Counted from the stretch's first letter, positions 1 through 10,627 are shown. The stretch: 24,000 bases of DNA from an uncultured Phascolarctobacterium sp. (GCF_900770955.1 NZ_CAAGLX010000021.1:85631-109630), one strand, 5' to 3'. Numbers and translations: made by a program. The notes: a model not told the origin generated them from the letters alone.

Positions 1-605
1 GTATTTTTGGCTACCGTTTTGTGCATACGCCTCCGGAAATTCTGGAGGTTTCACTGGAAGGCGGCGGTGGTGGCGCTGAAGCTCAGGAAGAAGAAATTGA
101 GCAGCAGGAAGAACCGCTTGTACAAAGTCTGGAGGATATTATTGACCAAAAGCTTAAACCCAAGCCGCAAAAAAAGATTGTCAGGAAAAAGACTGATGCT
201 GCTGCTCCCGGGCCAAAGGCTCCTGCCGGTAATAATACCGGTAGCGGCAGTGGTACAGGCAGTGGTACAGGTACCGGGAGTGGTACGGGTACTGGCAGTG
301 GAAGTGGCAGCAGCGATGGTCGCGGCGTACCGGTTAAGCCTCCGCGTCTGCTGCGTGAGGTTGCTCCCGTATATCCTGCGTCTGCACGCAACAGTGGCGC
401 TACCGGTGTAGTGACGGTACGCATTCTGGTAGGTGCCGACGGCAGTGTAGAGGATGTGTCGGTAGTAAAATCCTCCGGCAACAGTGCTATGGATAACAGC
501 GTTGTGACAGCAGTCAATAAATGGCGCTTCAGCCCTGCCAAGGATAAACTGGGGCAGAACGCACGCTGCCGCGTTACGCGAGCAGTCAGCTTTAATCTGA
601 AATAA
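1..605 (+). CDS. TonB-family C-terminal domain protein, 5'-truncated by the window edge
   Basis: Open frame continues upstream to nt 3 (IFGYRFVHTPPEILEVSLEGGGGG...), so the GTG at 21 is probably internal. Gly/Ser/Thr linker followed by a TonB C-terminal-like motif: PPRLLREVAPVYPASARNSGATGVVTVRILVGADGSVEDVSVVKSSGNSAMDNSVVTAVNKWRFSPAKD. TAA stop at 603-605. Confidence 0.85.
   Translation, partial: IFGYRFVHTPPEILEVSLEGGGGGAEAQEEEIEQQEEPLVQSLEDIIDQKLKPKPQKKIVRKKTDAAAPGPKAPAGNNTGSGSGTGSGTGTGSGTGTGSGSGSSDGRGVPVKPPRLLREVAPVYPASARNSGATGVVTVRILVGADGSVEDVSVVKSSGNSAMDNSVVTAVNKWRFSPAKDKLGQNARCRVTRAVSFNLK
236..312 (+). repeat. Short tandem repeat encoding a (Ser/Thr-Gly)n linker in the TonB-like protein
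   Basis: Repeated ggtagcggcagtggtacaggcagtggtacaggtaccgggagtggtacggg; protein NTGSGSGTGSGTGTGSGTGTGSGSGSS. Confidence 0.8.
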
Positions 606-635
606 AAACTATATACGGACAGATGCTTTTACGCA

Positions 636-687
636 AAAAAGCTGCTAATCTCCGCCTTTAGACGGAGGTCAGCAGCTTTCGCTTTTT
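636..687 (+). terminator. Rho-independent terminator after the TonB-like gene
   Basis: AAGCTGCT..CTCCG..CGGAG..CAGCAGCTT hairpin followed by tcgctttttat. Confidence 0.75.
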
Positions 688-705
688 ATACTACGGATTT
701 TTGCG

Positions 706-757
706 CTGAAAAAGAGAAAAACACGGTCATGAACATGCCGTGCTTTTCTCTTTGCCT
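706..757 (-). terminator. Terminator, possibly bidirectional, downstream of the minus-strand aminotransferase
   Basis: Inverted repeat AAAGAGAAAAaCACGG tcatgaacatg CCGTGcTTTTCTCTTT with an A/T tract on the minus-strand exit side. Confidence 0.6.
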
Positions 758-890
758 TGGTCTCACGGAAGGAATGAGACGGAGTGGAAGGGTTTAGATA
801 AATACAAAAATCGTCGGCTGATATTTCATCAGCTGCGTATATTATACTACATGATAAAAGAACTTGTCTAATATGGAGTCAGCATAACAG

Positions 891-2084
891 TTATTTCGCC
901 TTGTTCAGATTTCTGTATTTCGTTACGAAGAGGGCGATACGCTCCAGTGCCTTATGCAGGATTTCCTCGCTGTAAGCATAGGAGCAACGGATATAGCCTT
1001 CGCCGCCGGCACCGAAGATATTGCCGGGGATTACGAGAACCTCCTGCTCCTCCAGCAGCTTTTCAACAAATTCCATACTGGAAAGACCGGTTTCCTTGAT
1101 GCAGGGGAAAACATAGAAGGCACCTTCGGGCTCATACAGCGGCAGTCCCATCTTGTGGAAGCCGTCAATCATAATCTGACGGCGGCGGCTATATTCGGCA
1201 ACCATGTTGTCAACGTCCTGACGGCAGTATTTCAGTGCCGCAATAGCGCCGTACTGTGCCGTAACATTGGGGCAGAGCACCACATACTGATGCAGAATAT
1301 TCATAGCGTTGATGATTGCCGCCGGTGCCATGATATAGCCGAGACGCAGACCGGTCATAGCGTAGGCTTTGGAGAAGCCGTTGAAGATAATGGTGCGGTC
1401 GCGGAATTCCGGGAAGGAGGTGAACATGGTGTGTGTTTTGCCGCCGTAGGTAAGATGAGCATAAAGCTCGTCACTGATGACAATCAGGTCATGCTTAACT
1501 GCCCAGTCACCGATAGCCTTAATCTGCTCCTTGCTCATAACAGCGCCGGTCGGGTTATTGGGATAGCCGAGCATAATAGCCTTGGTCTTAGGCGTAACAG
1601 CCTTTTCCAAATCTTCGATAGTAGGCACAAAGCCGTTTTCCTGATATGTTTCTACGGAAACAGGCTTGCCGCCTGCCAAAATAACGCAGGCCTTGTTGGC
1701 AACGTAGCAGGGCTCGGGCAGAATAATTTCGTCACCGGGATGCATAATCGTGGTGATAGTGGTGTACAGTGCTTCACTGACACCGACGGTTACCATGATT
1801 TCGGTTTTGGGATCGTATTTAACGCCGTAGTTTTTATGGATATCATCTGCAATTGCTTCACGCAGCTCCAAAAGACCGAGAGTGGGAGTATAGCAGCTTT
1901 TGCCTTCGCAGATGCTGTTGATTTCGGCATCCTTGACAGCCTGTGGAATATCAAAATCGGGTTCGCCGACGCTGAGAGGTACGATGTTGGGGTTAGCAGC
2001 CATAATATCAAGAAACTTTGCCAGACCGGAGGGAGGCAGTGCTTTAATAAAGGGAGAAACAGCAGCATCAAAATTATAGGACAT
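891..2084 (-). CDS. Pyridoxal-phosphate-dependent class I/II aminotransferase
   Basis: MSYNFDAAVSPFIKALPPSGLAKFLDIM...; PLP-lysine region FNGFSKAYAMTGLRLGY; YPNNPTGAVM; DELYAHLTY. The ORF track starts at 2153, but MSYNF at 2084 is preceded by an aaaggtggtattttt ribosome binding site. Confidence 0.9.
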   Translation of the reverse strand: MSYNFDAAVSPFIKALPPSGLAKFLDIMAANPNIVPLSVGEPDFDIPQAVKDAEINSICEGKSCYTPTLGLLELREAIADDIHKNYGVKYDPKTEIMVTVGVSEALYTTITTIMHPGDEIILPEPCYVANKACVILAGGKPVSVETYQENGFVPTIEDLEKAVTPKTKAIMLGYPNNPTGAVMSKEQIKAIGDWAVKHDLIVISDELYAHLTYGGKTHTMFTSFPEFRDRTIIFNGFSKAYAMTGLRLGYIMAPAAIINAMNILHQYVVLCPNVTAQYGAIAALKYCRQDVDNMVAEYSRRRQIMIDGFHKMGLPLYEPEGAFYVFPCIKETGLSSMEFVEKLLEEQEVLVIPGNIFGAGGEGYIRCSYAYSEEILHKALERIALFVTKYRNLNKAK

Positions 2085-2355
2085 AAAAATACCACCTTTC
2101 TTAAAAAGCTTGTCGATAAAGCGCCCTTGTAAAAACTGACACTTTTTCCACAATCTCTATCTGTTTACTATATTACTGTAGCAGATATTTTTATGACTGG
2201 CAAGCGTAAGCGCCGTGTATACATTTTCCATGGTAGATTTAGCATTTTTTTGTATAAAATTTAACATATCATAACTATATATAGCGTCTGCTACTTGCAA
2301 GACTTGCCAACAGATGCTATAATAAGAATAGCCAAAATAAGTATGACTTGTGAAA

Positions 2356-2390
2356 GAGTGGGTTTAAAGCCCGCTCTTTCCGCTTATTAC
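2356..2390 (+). promoter_or_regulatory. Leader hairpin upstream of rimP
   Basis: AAAGAGTGGG tttaaag CCCGCTCTTT pairs with one G-U; a hairpin in this position is common upstream of rimP/nusA operons. Confidence 0.5.
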
Positions 2391-2472
2391 GATGTTTCTG
2401 ACGCATTTGCGGCAGAAGCAGGTATTGGCCGCAAGGTTAGTACAGAAAGAAAAACTTAATATGGAGGTGAAA

Positions 2473-2952
2473 ATGATGCAGGCAAAAGAAGTTGAAGCAC
2501 TGATTACCGCAATGGTAGAACCCCTTCTGCAGGACACCGGACTTACTCTGGTTGATGTAGAATATGTGCGTGAAAAGGACTGGTACCTACGGATTTTTCT
2601 CGATAAGCCTGGCGGAGTTGAAATTGATGACTGCCAGATGGTAAGCGAAAAGCTGACGGAGATTCTGGATGCAGAGGATCCTATTCCCGAAAAATACTTT
2701 TTGGAGGTTTCTTCCCCGGGCATTGACCGTCCGCTGAAGAAGGACAAGGACTTTGAAGCTGCCTACGGCACCAAGGTTGATATTATGTTCTATACTCCGT
2801 GGGAGGGAATGAAAAATCTGACCGGTATTCTGGTAGCACATGACGACGAAGCTGTACAGGTTAAAAAGATTATTAAAGGTAAGGAATTCAAAAATCCTGA
2901 CCGCATTGAACGTAGGCTGATTGCGAATATCAGACCGCATATAGACTTTTAA
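2473..2952 (+). CDS. rimP: Ribosome maturation factor RimP
   Basis: EALITAMVEPLLQDTGLTLVDVEYVREKDWYLRIFLDKPGGVEIDDCQMVSEKLTEILDAEDPIPEKYFLEVSSPGIDRPLK. GGAGG ribosome binding site at 2463-2467 supports a start at 2473/2476 rather than 2392. Confidence 0.95.
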   Translation: MMQAKEVEALITAMVEPLLQDTGLTLVDVEYVREKDWYLRIFLDKPGGVEIDDCQMVSEKLTEILDAEDPIPEKYFLEVSSPGIDRPLKKDKDFEAAYGTKVDIMFYTPWEGMKNLTGILVAHDDEAVQVKKIIKGKEFKNPDRIERRLIANIRPHIDF

Positions 2953-2976
2953 TTTAAAAAATAGGAGGCTTATTAA

Positions 2977-4050
2977 GTGAACGCAGATTTTATCTCAGCA
3001 ATCCAGGAATTAGGAAAGGAAAAGGGTATTGACCCCGAGCTTTTGTTCCAGGCTGTTGATGACGCTTTGGTTGCTGCTTACAAGAAGAACACCGGCACAA
3101 ACCAGAATGTCCGTGTTGAAATGAATAAAGAAACAGGTGAAATCCATGTATATGCACAGCGCACTGTAGTTGAAGGTGAGGCTGACGGCATTAACGAGAT
3201 GACTCTGGAGGATGCTCAGGAAATCAATCCGCAGTATCTGGCAGGCGATATCGTAGAGGTAGAGGTTACTCCGAAAAACTTCGGTCGTATTGCTGCACAG
3301 AACGCTAAGCAGTTTGTTGTACAGCGTATCCGTGAGGCAGAGCGCGGACAGGTGTATGAACGCTTCCAAAGCCGTGCCAATGATATCGTTACCGGTATTA
3401 TCGAGCGCATGGAAAACCAAAACGTTTATATCGATTTGGGCAAGGTTGAGGCCGTACTGACTCCTAACGAGCAGATTCCCGGTGAAATCTACCAATACCA
3501 TGAGCGTATGAAAACCTATATTGTTGAGGTTAAGCGCACCAACAAGGGACCGCAGATTATGGTTTCCCGTACTCATCCCGGCCTGCTGAAGCGCCTGTTT
3601 GAGCTGGAGGTTCCGGAAATTCATGACGGCGTGGTTGAAATCAAATCCGTTGCCCGTGAGCCCGGTATGCGCTCCAAAATTTCCGTATATACCGCTGACA
3701 GCAATGTTGATCCGGTAGGTGCCTGCGTAGGCCATAAGGGCATGCGTGTGCAGACTATCGTTAACGAGCTGCGCGGTGAGAAGATTGATATTGTAAAATA
3801 CAGTGAAGATCCGGCACAATATGTTGCCAACGCTCTGAGCCCGGCAAAGGTTGTCAAGACAACCATTAACGAAGCAGATAAAATCTGCCGTGTTGTCGTA
3901 CCGGATTACCAGCTGTCCCTGGCTATCGGCAAGGAAGGCCAAAATGCCCGTCTGGCTGCTAAGCTGACCGGCTGGAAGATTGATATTAAGAGCGAAACTC
4001 AGGCTGCCGAAGAGGCTGCTGCTGAGCCTGCTCCCATGGAAGAAGCATGA
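2977..4050 (+). CDS. nusA: Transcription termination/antitermination protein NusA
   Basis: [37 protein letters not shown]...; KH-domain [28 protein letters not shown] and [26 protein letters not shown] start. Confidence 0.97.
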   Translation: MNADFISAIQELGKEKGIDPELLFQAVDDALVAAYKKNTGTNQNVRVEMNKETGEIHVYAQRTVVEGEADGINEMTLEDAQEINPQYLAGDIVEVEVTPKNFGRIAAQNAKQFVVQRIREAERGQVYERFQSRANDIVTGIIERMENQNVYIDLGKVEAVLTPNEQIPGEIYQYHERMKTYIVEVKRTNKGPQIMVSRTHPGLLKRLFELEVPEIHDGVVEIKSVAREPGMRSKISVYTADSNVDPVGACVGHKGMRVQTIVNELRGEKIDIVKYSEDPAQYVANALSPAKVVKTTINEADKICRVVVPDYQLSLAIGKEGQNARLAAKLTGWKIDIKSETQAAEEAAAEPAPMEEA

Positions 4051-4322
4051 TGAAGGTAAAAAAAATTCCGCAGCGTAAATGCTTAGGCTGCAATGAAATG
4101 AAGGATAAAAAGGCTCTGCTGCGCGTTGTACGTTCGCCTGAGGGCGAGGTCAGTCTTGACCTTACCGGCAAGAAGAACGGACGCGGCGCATATGTCTGCC
4201 CCGATAAGGAATGCATTACCAAGGCCGTAAAGGAAAAACGTCTGGAGCGCGCTTTGGAAAAGCCTATCGGTGATGATGTACTCAAGCAGCTGCTGGAGGA
4301 ATTCGAACATGGCAGGCAATAA
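4047..4322 (+). CDS. ylxR: YlxR/RnpM-family RNA-binding protein
   Basis: KKIPQRKCLGCNEMKDKKALLRVVRSPEGEVSLDLTGKKNGRGAYVCPDKECITKAVK; position between nusA and infB. Confidence 0.93.
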   Translation: MMKVKKIPQRKCLGCNEMKDKKALLRVVRSPEGEVSLDLTGKKNGRGAYVCPDKECITKAVKEKRLERALEKPIGDDVLKQLLEEFEHGRQ

Positions 4323-4605
4323 TGTTGCTTTTGCTTTAGGGTTGGCGCAAAAGGCAGGCAAAACCGCTTCCGGCGATACAGCTGTGCGTGCTGCCTTAAA
4401 AAGCGGCAAGGTCAAGGTACTTGTTTTGGCACAAGATGCTGCCCCTAATTCAAAAAAGGAAATATATTTCCTGACAGAGATGGCAGGTGTACAGGTTATT
4501 GAGCTGTTGACGCGCAATGAGCTGGGCTATGCAATCGGCAAGGGACCAAGAATTGCAGTGGCTGTTACCGATGCGAATTTTGCCAACATGCTGCTAAAAA
4601 AATAA
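4309..4605 (+). CDS. ylxQ: L7Ae-family ribosomal protein-like YlxQ
   Basis: MAGNNVAFALGLAQKAGKTASGDTAVRAALKSGKVKVLVLAQDAAPNSKKEI. Start re-assigned from 4270 to 4309 (GGAGG ribosome binding site at 4296-4300 region). Confidence 0.9.
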   Translation: MAGNNVAFALGLAQKAGKTASGDTAVRAALKSGKVKVLVLAQDAAPNSKKEIYFLTEMAGVQVIELLTRNELGYAIGKGPRIAVAVTDANFANMLLKK

Positions 4606-4689
4606 TAATTTAAATCACAGTTGTCTGCGCAGCTTGTGTAAGCTTCGCAGATGAATCTGCTTCTTATTATCTGGTCTGGAGGTGGATGA

Positions 4690-7245
4690 ATGGGTAATAA
4701 AAGAATATATGAGGTTGCCAAGGATTATGGCAAACCTGTAAACGAGGTCATTGACCTATTGAAGAAAAATAATATTGAAAAGACTAATTTTAGTGCAGCT
4801 GATGACAAGGCTATGTCTGTTATCCGTAAAGCATACGATAAAAAACCAGAACCGCCCAAACCGGCGAAGACGGAAAAACGTGATGTCAGCAAACCGGCTG
4901 CTCCTGCGCGTCCGCAGGCTACAGCTAAAAGAAACGATAACAATATGAATAGGAATAACGGACAGAGGAATATGCAACAAAATCAGCAACAAAATCAACG
5001 CAATAACAACAACGCTCAACAAGGGCGTAATGAAAATCGTCAGGGTGGCCGCAACGAAGGCCGTCCGCAGCAAAATCGCGGTGGCCAGCAGGGCAACCGC
5101 CAAGGCGGCCGTAACGAAGGCCGTCCGCAAAACCGTGGCGGCCAACAGGGTGGTCAGGGCAACCGTCAGGGTAACCGCAATGGCCAGCAACGTCAGGGCG
5201 GTATCTTTGTAGGCCCCAAGAGCCAACAGCAGGGCCCGAGCGTACACGGTGAAAGCCGTGCACAGGTTAGCGGTGGCCGCAGCGAAGGCCGTAGCGGCGG
5301 CCGCAGCGAAGGTGCTCGCGATAACCGCCAGGGCGGCCGTAATGCAGGCAAGAGCCGTAAGGACAACAAGCCGCAGATTAAGGGCAGCTACGCTACCCGC
5401 GAAAGCCGTCCGAACCGCAGTGCCGGCCATCAGATGCCGGTAAACCGTGGCGGCAAGAAGCCCGCACCGAAGCAGCAGCAGGCTCCTGTAGAAATCGTTC
5501 GTCCGACCTATGTTGAAATCGGCGAATCTATCAATGTACAGGAATTCTCCAAGCTCATTAAGCGTGAGGTTAACGAAGTAATCAAGGCTCTCTTTATGCT
5601 GGGCGTAATGGTTACCATCAACCAGGATATTGATTTCGAAACCGCACAGCTTATCGGTGACAACTTCGGCGTAGAGGTTGGCCAAAAGGCTCCGGAAGAG
5701 GATCCGACCGAAATTCCCGAGGTTGACGATCCGCCTGAAAAACGCGTTCCGCGTCCGCCGGTTATTACCGTTATGGGTCACGTTGACCATGGTAAAACCT
5801 CCTTGCTGGACGCTATCCGCAAAACCAACGTTACTTCCCGCGAGGCCGGCGGTATTACCCAGCACATCGGTGCTTATAAGGTAAACTACCAGGGCAAGCA
5901 GATTGTTTTCCTGGATACCCCGGGCCATGAGGCTTTCACTGCTATGCGTGCCCGCGGCGCACAGGTAACCGACGTTGCTATTCTGGTTGTAGCAGCAGAT
6001 GACGGTGTAATGCCGCAGACCATCGAGGCTATCAACCATGCTAAGGCTGCAAAGGTACCTATCATTGTAGCTATCAACAAAATCGACCGTCCGGGCGCAA
6101 ATCCGGATCACGTTAAACAACAGCTGGCCGAGCATGAGCTCATTCCTGAGGATTGGGGCGGCGACACCATTATGGTTCCTGTTTCCGCACATCAGAAAAC
6201 CGGTATCAGCGACCTGCTGGAAATGATTCTGCTAGTTGCTGAAATGCAGGAGCTGAAGGCTAACCCGAACCTGCCTGCTCACGGCACCATCATCGAGGCA
6301 CAGCTGGATAAGGGTCGCGGACCTGTTGCTACCGTACTGGTACAGCGCGGTACTCTGCATATCGGTGATACCATTATTGCCGGCATCTCCTACGGTAAGG
6401 TTCGTGCAATGATTAATGACCGTGGCGAAAAGGTTAAAAAAGCTCTGCCTTCTACCCCTGTAGAGGTATTGGGCTTAAACGATGTACCGGCTGCCGGCGA
6501 TATCCTCGACAGCACCGATGAAAAGACTGCCCGCAGCGTTGCCGAAAAACGTATCGCCAAGAAGAAGGAAGAGGAAATCAAGCTGAACTCCAAGGTTTCT
6601 CTGGATGACCTGTTCCAACGCATTAAAGAAGGCGAAATCAAAGAGCTGAACATCGTAGTTAAGGCTGACGTTCAGGGCACCATCGAAGCACTGAAGGCAT
6701 CTCTGGAAAAAATCAAAAACGATGAGGTTAAGGTTGCCGTTGTCCATGCAGGCGTAGGCGCTATCACCGAATCCGACGTAATGCTGGCATCCGCTGCCAA
6801 CGCGCTGATTATCGGCTTTAACGTTCGTCCTGATGCCAACGCGCGCAAGGCTGCCGAAACCGAAAAGGTTGACGTACGCACCTACCGCGTTATTTACGAC
6901 GCACTCAACGACGTTGAGGCTGCTATCAAGGGTATGCTTGCTCCTAAATTCAAGGAGGTTATCCAAGGCCGCGTAGAAATCCGTCAGCTGATTACTATTT
7001 CCAAGCTGAAGATTGCGGGCTGCTATGTAGTTGAAGGTAAGGTTACCAACAGCTCCAAGGTTCGTGTTGTCCGTGACGGTATCGTAGTTCACGAGGGCGT
7101 TATCGAATCTCTGCGCCGCTTCAAGGACGATGTCAAGGAAGTTGCTCAAGGCTACGAATGTGGTATTACTTTAGAGAAGTTCAGCGACCTTAAAGAGGGC
7201 GATGTCTTTGAAGTATACGACATGGAAGAAATCGCAGTAGAATAG
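4690..7245 (+). CDS. infB: Translation initiation factor IF-2
   Basis: GTPase motifs [35 protein letters not shown]; IF2_N module [26 protein letters not shown]; GGAGGTGG ribosome binding site. Confidence 0.98.
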   Translation: MGNKRIYEVAKDYGKPVNEVIDLLKKNNIEKTNFSAADDKAMSVIRKAYDKKPEPPKPAKTEKRDVSKPAAPARPQATAKRNDNNMNRNNGQRNMQQNQQQNQRNNNNAQQGRNENRQGGRNEGRPQQNRGGQQGNRQGGRNEGRPQNRGGQQGGQGNRQGNRNGQQRQGGIFVGPKSQQQGPSVHGESRAQVSGGRSEGRSGGRSEGARDNRQGGRNAGKSRKDNKPQIKGSYATRESRPNRSAGHQMPVNRGGKKPAPKQQQAPVEIVRPTYVEIGESINVQEFSKLIKREVNEVIKALFMLGVMVTINQDIDFETAQLIGDNFGVEVGQKAPEEDPTEIPEVDDPPEKRVPRPPVITVMGHVDHGKTSLLDAIRKTNVTSREAGGITQHIGAYKVNYQGKQIVFLDTPGHEAFTAMRARGAQVTDVAILVVAADDGVMPQTIEAINHAKAAKVPIIVAINKIDRPGANPDHVKQQLAEHELIPEDWGGDTIMVPVSAHQKTGISDLLEMILLVAEMQELKANPNLPAHGTIIEAQLDKGRGPVATVLVQRGTLHIGDTIIAGISYGKVRAMINDRGEKVKKALPSTPVEVLGLNDVPAAGDILDSTDEKTARSVAEKRIAKKKEEEIKLNSKVSLDDLFQRIKEGEIKELNIVVKADVQGTIEALKASLEKIKNDEVKVAVVHAGVGAITESDVMLASAANALIIGFNVRPDANARKAAETEKVDVRTYRVIYDALNDVEAAIKGMLAPKFKEVIQGRVEIRQLITISKLKIAGCYVVEGKVTNSSKVRVVRDGIVVHEGVIESLRRFKDDVKEVAQGYECGITLEKFSDLKEGDVFEVYDMEEIAVE
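4930..5350 (+). repeat. Low-complexity Asn/Gln/Arg/Gly-rich repeat region in IF-2
   Basis: Near-repeats such as [49 protein letters not shown] and [25 protein letters not shown]. Confidence 0.85.
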
Positions 7246-7349
7246 TCTGCCGCATAAGGCACATGGCGCAGGAATGCAGGCCGCATACGCCGCATTCCCG
7301 CAGCTGCTGCCTGTACGTCAGTCTGTATCTATATATAGAGGAAAAGAAA

Positions 7350-7727
7350 ATGGCAAGACTTAGAGTAGAAAAAGTACAAGAGGCCATCAAGCATGAAATC
7401 AGCAAAATGCTGCTGCATGATGTCAAGGATCCGCGCATTCAGTTTGTTACCGTAACCGGTGTGGAGCTGACAGATGACATGAGCTATGCAAAGATTTTCA
7501 TCAGCATGTATGGTCCCAAGGATAAACAGGATGAAACCTGGAAGGCTCTGAACAAGGCATTAGGCTTCATGCGTACGGAAATTGCTAAACGCATCCGCCT
7601 GCGCTTTGCACCGACCCTGATTCTGCAGAAGGATACCTCTGCAGAATACAGTGCGCATATTCAGAGCATTTTAGATAAGATTAAGCAGGAAGAAAAGCCT
7701 GCAGCCGAGGAAGCAGAGCATGAGTAA
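7350..7727 (+). CDS. rbfA: 30S ribosome-binding factor A
   Basis: MARLRVEKVQEAIKHEISKMLLHDVKDPRIQFVTVTGVELTDDMSYAKIFISM; gaggaaaagaaaATG start, re-assigned from 7263. Confidence 0.95.
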   Translation: MARLRVEKVQEAIKHEISKMLLHDVKDPRIQFVTVTGVELTDDMSYAKIFISMYGPKDKQDETWKALNKALGFMRTEIAKRIRLRFAPTLILQKDTSAEYSAHIQSILDKIKQEEKPAAEEAEHE

Positions 7728-8670
7728 GGAGCTTAGCCTGCAGGAAACAGGCGCTATGCTGCTGGCGGCAGAAAAAATCGTGCTGTGCACCCATGTAAGC
7801 CCGGATGGCGACACCCTGGGCTCCACCTTGGGACTGGCACGCTTTTTGCTGGCACAGGGCAAGCAGGTTACTGTTTTCTGTGATGACGTTATCAACAAAA
7901 GCTTTAGCTTTTTTCCCGGCATTGAATTGTGTGAACGCCCGGTAGAGGGCAGCAAGCTGCAGACGGAGCTGCTGGTTGTTATTGATGCCAGCTCCTTTGA
8001 TCGCGTCGGACTGGTGTCCGAGGTTGTAGAAGCCAAAACGCTGCTGAACATCGACCACCATATTTCCAATGAACGCTTTGCCGATTATCTCTATCTGGAT
8101 GCCAAGGCAGCAGCCGTAGGCGAGGTAATGTGCGATCTGTTCATGGCTATGCAATGGCCCTTTGATAAGGAAATTGCTACCTGCTTTTACACAGCAATCA
8201 GCACAGACTGCGGTTCGTTCCGCTATGCCAACACTACGCCGAAAACTATGCGTAATGCCGCCAAGCTGCTGGAATACGGCGTGCAGCCTAACGAAATCAG
8301 CGACGCTATGGACGTGCGCTCCCGTGAAACGGTAGAGATGCTGGCCAAGGTATTGCCTTCGCTGACCTTCGCTTATGACGGCAAAATCGCTTATCTCACA
8401 ATTACCAACGATTTATATGACAAGGATGTCCAGACCGACAGCTTTGTGTCCTACCCGCGCTATATCGAGGGCGTTGACGTAGCTATTATGTTCAAGGCCG
8501 TTGAACCGGCGGTAACGCGCGTGAGCATGCGCTCCAAGAGCGTTGATGTATCCGCTGTGGCTGTAGCCTTCGGCGGCGGCGGTCATCTGCGGGCAGCAGG
8601 CTGTACGATTTATGCACCGGTAGAGGAGGCTCGCACTCAGCTGCTGGAGGCATTGGGCAAATTGGTTTAA
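7720..8670 (+). CDS. nrnA: DHH/DHHA1 bifunctional oligoribonuclease/PAP phosphatase, NrnA-like
   Basis: IVLCTHVSPDGDTLGSTLGLARFL; LLNIDHHISN; C-terminal GGGGHLRAAGCTI. Confidence 0.92.
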   Translation: MSKELSLQETGAMLLAAEKIVLCTHVSPDGDTLGSTLGLARFLLAQGKQVTVFCDDVINKSFSFFPGIELCERPVEGSKLQTELLVVIDASSFDRVGLVSEVVEAKTLLNIDHHISNERFADYLYLDAKAAAVGEVMCDLFMAMQWPFDKEIATCFYTAISTDCGSFRYANTTPKTMRNAAKLLEYGVQPNEISDAMDVRSRETVEMLAKVLPSLTFAYDGKIAYLTITNDLYDKDVQTDSFVSYPRYIEGVDVAIMFKAVEPAVTRVSMRSKSVDVSAVAVAFGGGGHLRAAGCTIYAPVEEARTQLLEALGKLV

Positions 8671-8671
8671 T

Positions 8672-9547
8672 ATGGACGCAATTTTTAATGTATTAAAACC
8701 ACCACAGATGACATCACATGATGTTATCGGCTTTTTGCGGCGCGTGCTTAACACAAAGAAAATCGGACATGGGGGAACTCTTGACCCTGACGCGGCAGGA
8801 GTTCTTCCTGTTTTTGCGGGCAGTGCAACCCGTCTGCTGGAATTTGCCGTGGAGGGCCGCAAGGAATATATTGCTGAATTTACGCTGGGAGCGCAGACTG
8901 TTACCGGCGATGACAGCGGCGAGGTTGTCAAAACGATGCCTGTGCCTGCGTTCGGGAAGGCAGAGCTGGAAGCTGTGCTTGCACGCTTTACGGGTAAGCA
9001 GCTGCAGCTGCCGCCGATGTATTCGGCAATCAAAATCAACGGCAAAAAGCTGTATCAGCTGGCACGTCAGGGTGTAGAGGTGGAACGCACCGCACGTCCC
9101 ATCGAGGTTTATAAGCTGGAGCTTCTGCATTACACGGCAAACAGCTTCACCGTGCGTGTAGCCTGCTCCAAGGGCACCTATATCCGCGTTCTGGGCGAGG
9201 ACCTGGCGACGGCGCTGGGAACCTGCGGTACCATGAGCTTTTTGCTGCGTACCCAGGTGGGAGCCTACACGATTGACAAGGCCTGCACGCTGCAGGAAAT
9301 CGCGGAGAACCCAGAGGCCTGTGCCGCAGAGCCGCTGACTGCTGTTGCCGAGCTGCCCAAGCTCAAGGTGAATGCCCGTCAGGCGGCGCGCATTACCAAC
9401 GGTGTACGCACCACGGTGGCGCAGACTGCCGACGGCAGATACGTCCTGCTGGGGCCGGGGGATGAATTCTTAGGCATCGTCCGCTGTGAGCAGGAACGCC
9501 TGCAGGCAGAAAAAATCTTAGAGCATTACCCGATGCCAGAGGAATAA
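8672..9547 (+). CDS. truB: tRNA pseudouridine(55) synthase
   Basis: VLKPPQMTSHDVIGFLRRVLNTKKIGHGGTLDPDAAGVLPVFAGSATRL; YIRVLGEDLA. Confidence 0.97.
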   Translation: MDAIFNVLKPPQMTSHDVIGFLRRVLNTKKIGHGGTLDPDAAGVLPVFAGSATRLLEFAVEGRKEYIAEFTLGAQTVTGDDSGEVVKTMPVPAFGKAELEAVLARFTGKQLQLPPMYSAIKINGKKLYQLARQGVEVERTARPIEVYKLELLHYTANSFTVRVACSKGTYIRVLGEDLATALGTCGTMSFLLRTQVGAYTIDKACTLQEIAENPEACAAEPLTAVAELPKLKVNARQAARITNGVRTTVAQTADGRYVLLGPGDEFLGIVRCEQERLQAEKILEHYPMPEE

Positions 9548-9549
9548 GC

Positions 9550-10473
9550 ATGGAGATTATTACTTCTTTAGAACAACTGCATAAATTTTCCGCTCCCTGT
9601 GTGGTAGCATTGGGTACCTTTGACGGCCTGCACCGTGGTCATCTTGATGTAATAGAAACTGCACGGGAAAGGGCGCGTGAATGCAATTCCAAGCTGGCTG
9701 TCTTTACCTTCAGCAACCATCCCTATGAATGGATTCGTCCGGGTATGGTGCCGCCGGCGCTGATAACAGGCGCGCAAAAGCAGGAGCTTTTGCAGCAGCT
9801 TGGCGTGGACGTGCTGGTGGACATTCCCTTTAATCAGCAGGTGGCCGACCTGTCGCCGCAGGAATTCCTGCAGCGTCTGCAGCAGCTTGATTACAGATGT
9901 CTTGTAGTAGGCGCCAACTTTACCTATGGCTGCCGCGGACAGGGCACTGTCTATACGCTGGCTGCCTCTGCCAAAGCCATGGGCTTTGAGCTGATTGTGC
10001 GCGAGCTGGTAAGCAAGGGCGCAACTGTTATCAGCAGTACCGCTATCCGTCAGCTGATTGCTGCAGGCGAGGTGGCAGAGGCTGCCGACATGCTGGGGCG
10101 CAGCTACAGCATCAGCGGCATGGTGGCGCACGGCAACGAGCGTGGCAGACTGCTGGGATATCCTACAGCTAACATTGAGCTGGAGGCTGCCAATGTTGCG
10201 ATTCCTCTGGGGGGAGTGTATGCTGTGCGGGTACTGGTGAATGGCGCAAGCTATCACGGCATGGCTAATATTGGCTATAACCCGACCTTTGGCGATTTAG
10301 CCAAACCGCGTCTGGAAACGAATATTTTTGATTTTACCGGGGACCTTTACGGTAAGCAGCTCACAGTACAGTTTGTGCAGCGCATCCGCGGCGAAGTAAA
10401 ATTTGCCGGCATTGAACAGCTGAAGCAGCAGCTGGCGCAGGATAAGCATGACTGTGAAGCAGCATTGCGGTAA
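9550..10473 (+). CDS. ribF: Bifunctional riboflavin kinase/FAD synthetase
   Basis: ALGTFDGLHRGHLDVI...; VGANFTYGCRGQG; VISSTAIRQLI; YSISGMVAHGNERGRLLGYPTANI. Confidence 0.96.
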   Translation: MEIITSLEQLHKFSAPCVVALGTFDGLHRGHLDVIETARERARECNSKLAVFTFSNHPYEWIRPGMVPPALITGAQKQELLQQLGVDVLVDIPFNQQVADLSPQEFLQRLQQLDYRCLVVGANFTYGCRGQGTVYTLAASAKAMGFELIVRELVSKGATVISSTAIRQLIAAGEVAEAADMLGRSYSISGMVAHGNERGRLLGYPTANIELEAANVAIPLGGVYAVRVLVNGASYHGMANIGYNPTFGDLAKPRLETNIFDFTGDLYGKQLTVQFVQRIRGEVKFAGIEQLKQQLAQDKHDCEAALR

Positions 10474-10508
10474 AGCAAACAGTTTTTATAAAAAACTTTA
10501 CAAAACAC

Positions 10509-10538
10509 TTGCTATCAGGTGGCAAGATATGGTATACT
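10509..10538 (+). promoter_or_regulatory. Putative rpsO promoter
   Basis: TTGCTA (10509-10514), 18-bp spacer, TATACT (10533-10538). Confidence 0.4.
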
Positions 10539-10627
10539 ATCATAGTATTTGAACCAAGGCCTGGCAGTTCGATTCTCCAACGGCTGCTACGCTTATGGCA
10601 ATTTGAATTTTTAGGAGGAAACAAACA

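Noticed and set aside
83-541. 152-aa minus-strand ORF opposite the TonB-like gene
   Set aside because: Low-complexity PLPVPVPLP reading of the Gly/Ser repeat; a shadow ORF.
954-2132. 392-aa plus-strand ORF opposite the aminotransferase
   Set aside because: Shadow ORF of a clear, motif-supported minus-strand gene.
4756-6192. 478-aa minus-strand ORF opposite infB, and other antisense ORFs over nrnA, ribF, asd and the helicase gene
   Set aside because: Artefacts of codon bias on the opposite strand. The proteins show no coherent domains, and the sense strand has full motif support.
10555-10610. tRNA-like T-arm sequence (GGCAGTTCGATTCTCC) in the rpsO leader
   Set aside because: The flanking bases do not form the 5-bp T stem, and there is no acceptor stem, anticodon arm or CCA context. 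More likely leader sequence.
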